Assembly (NCBI GenBank): GCA_963668325.1
Contig: OY764222.1
Coordinates: 1,902,782-1,966,781 of the forward strand
Direction of reading: 5' to 3'
Length of the DNA stretch: 64,000 nucleotides
DNA from: Paracoccaceae bacterium
GTDB lineage: Bacteria > Pseudomonadota > Alphaproteobacteria > Rhodobacterales > Rhodobacteraceae
Shown here: positions 61,844 through 64,000 of the stretch, piece by piece
How positions within the stretch are numbered: the first letter of the stretch is position 1
Layout of the letters: each line of letters begins with the position of its first letter
Made by a program: the position numbers and the translations under genes
Notes under the pieces: generated by a model
Told to the model about the DNA's origin: nothing
Database searches by the model: none
The model's input: only the letters and a program-made list of their open reading frames with translations

Positions 61844-62863
61844 TCAGCCACAGGAATTTTGTAATTCTATCCATTCAGTGTCTTCCAACAGCTGGGGAGA
61901 TATGCCTTCCAGTAAATTTTCTCCGGTGAATAATTCTGGATCCATCCCTTCAGAAATGAGGTTGATTGAAAATGGCTCCGGTGAAATGTTTGCCTCCTGA
62001 AATTTCTGGTAAAGGACATCCTCTGGTACATAAACCGAGGAAGGTCTTGCCAGGTCAGCCGCAAAGGTTTGAAATATATAGGGAGATATTTCCCTGCCTA
62101 GCAATAATCTTATGGAGGTTAATAGCCCGGCCGATTCAAGAAAGGTAGTCAGGGAGTCTTTGATAAGGTCTCTTTCATTCGCCAGGAGAAGGTATCCTGC
62201 AAAAATTTCTGGTTTGTCATCATAAAGTTGAAACTGTGAACCATTGATGAGCAATATGCCGCCTGGCAGGGCCGTCGCACTAGGTATTCCGCCAGTTATC
62301 ACCCTGATATCATTCGTTGTTTCCGGGAAAAGTCGATCTTCCAGCTTATCCAGAATTGACTCATCAACCAGGCAAGGAGCATTGCCTTGTTCAAGTATAT
62401 TGGCATAGAGGGTTTCACCGATTTCAAGCCTCTTTGGTCCGACAATTGATCTGCCAATATTTTGCCCGATATAATCCGAGTAATAGTAGGCGATACCTAC
62501 CAATATCAGGATAAAGGCGATGAATTTACCAAAGAATTTCCAGAAGTTGCTTTTCGGTCTTTCCTCAACTGGACCATCAACCTGCACCAGGTTTCGAATG
62601 GCTTTAACCATGAGATCATCATTGATCAAGATGAATTCATTCCCGGAGGCGTCCGGTGAAAAACAGTAAAAATACTCACTGGACGGCTGTTCAATGATGG
62701 TATCCAAGGACCAATGCCTCAAAACGGTTCCTTCACCGTCCGAGGACAGGAATGTCAGTGTTTCACTGCCGTATTTGACAATGACTGGTTGCTTGGTCGT
62801 CGTATCAGGTGATTGCCATAACCCCTCGCACTCAAGGATTTCATATCCCGGGAAAGCAATCAT
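61844..62863 (-). CDS. Membrane-anchored hypothetical protein with an M48-peptidase-like region lacking HExxH
   Basis: 339 aa: an N-terminal soluble domain of about 110 aa, one TM (FWKFFGKFIAFILILVGIAYYY), then SATALPGGILLINGSQF. That segment resembles the NAFALPGG segment of M48 peptidases, but no His follows it. Confidence 0.5.
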   Translation of the reverse strand: MIAFPGYEILECEGLWQSPDTTTKQPVIVKYGSETLTFLSSDGEGTVLRHWSLDTIIEQPSSEYFYCFSPDASGNEFILINDDLMVKAIRNLVQVDGPVEERPKSNFWKFFGKFIAFILILVGIAYYYSDYIGQNIGRSIVGPKRLEIGETLYANILEQGNAPCLVDESILDKLEDRLFPETTNDIRVITGGIPSATALPGGILLINGSQFQLYDDKPEIFAGYLLLANERDLIKDSLTTFLESAGLLTSIRLLLGREISPYIFQTFAADLARPSSVYVPEDVLYQKFQEANISPEPFSINLISEGMDPELFTGENLLEGISPQLLEDTEWIELQNSCG

Positions 62864-62915
62864 AAAGTCTAGTCCTGATCAATCCAGCATTAAATCTAAG
62901 TTGAATTTAGTATCC

Positions 62916-64000
62916 TTAGGAAGTTTTCAGTTGTTCACGTAATTGAAACTTCTGGATTTTTCCCGTGGCTGTTTTAGGCAGTTCACCAAATCCAACTCCC
63001 TTGGGAATTTTAAATCCAGCAAGGTATTCACGGCAAAAACCAATAATTTCCTCTGGGGAAGGGTTTTCGTTTGGCTTGAGCTCAATAAAGGCAAAGGGAA
63101 CTTCACCCCATTTGGGATCTGGTTTGGCGACCACCGCACAAAGGAGGACAGAGGGGTGTTTCATAATTATCCCCTCAACCTCAACAGAGGAAACATTTTC
63201 ACCGCCCGAGATTATTATATCTTTGGCGCGGTCGGTGATTTGAATGTAATTATCTGGAAATTGTACAGCAATATCCCCAGAAGCAAATTTACCGCCTTCA
63301 AAGGAATCTTTGGTTGCCCCTGGATTACGATAATATCCTTTCATGACTGAATTGCCCCGGATAAATATTTCGCCCGTTGTTATGCCATCTCTATTGACCG
63401 GTGCTTGAGTTTCTGGATTCAAAACCTCAACATACTCCATATGTGGGAAAGCAACACCTTGGCGTGCCTTAATCACGGACTTTTCGTCCGGTTCCAGTTG
63501 GTCCCATTCACCGTCTTGCCAAACACATTCGGTAATATGGCCAAAAGTTTCGGTTAATCCATAAACCTGAGTTACATTCAAGTTTAAAGCCTCAACGGCC
63601 TGTAATGTGGCTGCTGCCGGTGGAGCACCAGCTGTAAATACTTCTACCCTGTGATTGATTTTTCTTTTTTCGCTCTCAGGGGCATTGGCAAGCATATTCA
63701 ATACGATGGGTGCACCCCCAAAATGAGTAATTCCTTCATCAGAGATCAGCGAAAAAATAACTTTCGCCGAAATATCTCTACAACAGAAAACGGTGCCTCC
63801 CAGGAGGGGCATCATCCAACTGTGATTCCAACCATTACAATGAAATAAGGGAACAATGGCCAAGAACTTTGGATAAAGCGTCAATCTCCAACTTATTACT
63901 GTTCCCATGGTCATCAGGTATGCACCCCGGTGCTGGTAAACGACTCCTTTGGGTTTGCCGGTAGTACCAGATGTATAATTCAGGGAGATGCTTTCCCATT
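62916..64000 (-). CDS. AMP-dependent acyl-CoA synthetase/ligase, 5' end outside window
   Basis: The frame is open to the window edge. My translation of 63915-64000 gives SLNYTSGTTGKPKGVVYQHRGAYL (the AMP-binding P-loop). Downstream motifs are YGLTE, GDIAV and the C-terminal PKTATGKIQKF. Confidence 0.88.
   Translation of the reverse strand, partial: WESISLNYTSGTTGKPKGVVYQHRGAYLMTMGTVISWRLTLYPKFLAIVPLFHCNGWNHSWMMPLLGGTVFCCRDISAKVIFSLISDEGITHFGGAPIVLNMLANAPESEKRKINHRVEVFTAGAPPAAATLQAVEALNLNVTQVYGLTETFGHITECVWQDGEWDQLEPDEKSVIKARQGVAFPHMEYVEVLNPETQAPVNRDGITTGEIFIRGNSVMKGYYRNPGATKDSFEGGKFASGDIAVQFPDNYIQITDRAKDIIISGGENVSSVEVEGIIMKHPSVLLCAVVAKPDPKWGEVPFAFIELKPNENPSPEEIIGFCREYLAGFKIPKGVGFGELPKTATGKIQKFQLREQLKTS

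Noticed and set aside
1-64000. CRISPR arrays, rRNA, tmRNA, RNase P/SRP RNA, prophage or toxin-antitoxin modules, and biosynthetic clusters.
   Set aside because: I saw no regularly spaced repeats, no rRNA-like conserved blocks and no recognisable signature sequences in any intergenic gap while reading both strands. Every gap over 150 nt other than those discussed looks like ordinary AT-rich promoter or terminator DNA.

Overview
This window looks like a chromosomal segment of an alphaproteobacterium-type genome. It is AT-leaning by eye; no GC statistics were computed. Almost all of it is syntenic housekeeping. A complete dcw division/cell-wall cluster, mraZ-rsmH-ftsL-ftsI-murE-murF-mraY-murD-ftsW-murG-murC-murB-ddl-ftsQ-ftsA-ftsZ, spans 17998-36473. 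Flanking genes are valS, a CoxL/XDH-family molybdoenzyme subunit, a pcm-like gene next to tolC, terC, uvrD, apbC, a 4-gene peptide-type ABC importer, a YbdK-type ligase, a recJ-like gene, glpX, hom, glyA, nadK, an AI-2E permease, hda/ppk1, ppx, proS, lolE/lolD and an acyl-CoA synthetase. There are two tRNAs, Gly-GCC and Glu-UUC. No rRNA, CRISPR array or multi-gene defence or secondary-metabolite locus was seen. Accessory or unusual content is limited. (1) A 1.7-kb IS with inverted repeats and a 9-bp target duplication sits between glpX and recJ, next to a higher-GC block of broken mini-ORFs. (2) A stand-alone DUF262/DUF1524 (GmrSD-like) nuclease lies between tRNA-Gly and terC. (3) tolC is split by a 1-nt frameshift. 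(4) An Hda-like module and PPK1 share one uninterrupted frame, and the fusion depends on the length of an A8 run. (5) The RecJ homologue has lost most DHH/DHHA1 catalytic residues, and an M48-like protein lacks HExxH. (6) UvrD carries an insertion of about 80 aa between motifs V and VI. (7) There are repeat motifs upstream of mraZ. I found no convincing evidence of a wholly new multi-gene system. The items above are the ones worth checking.
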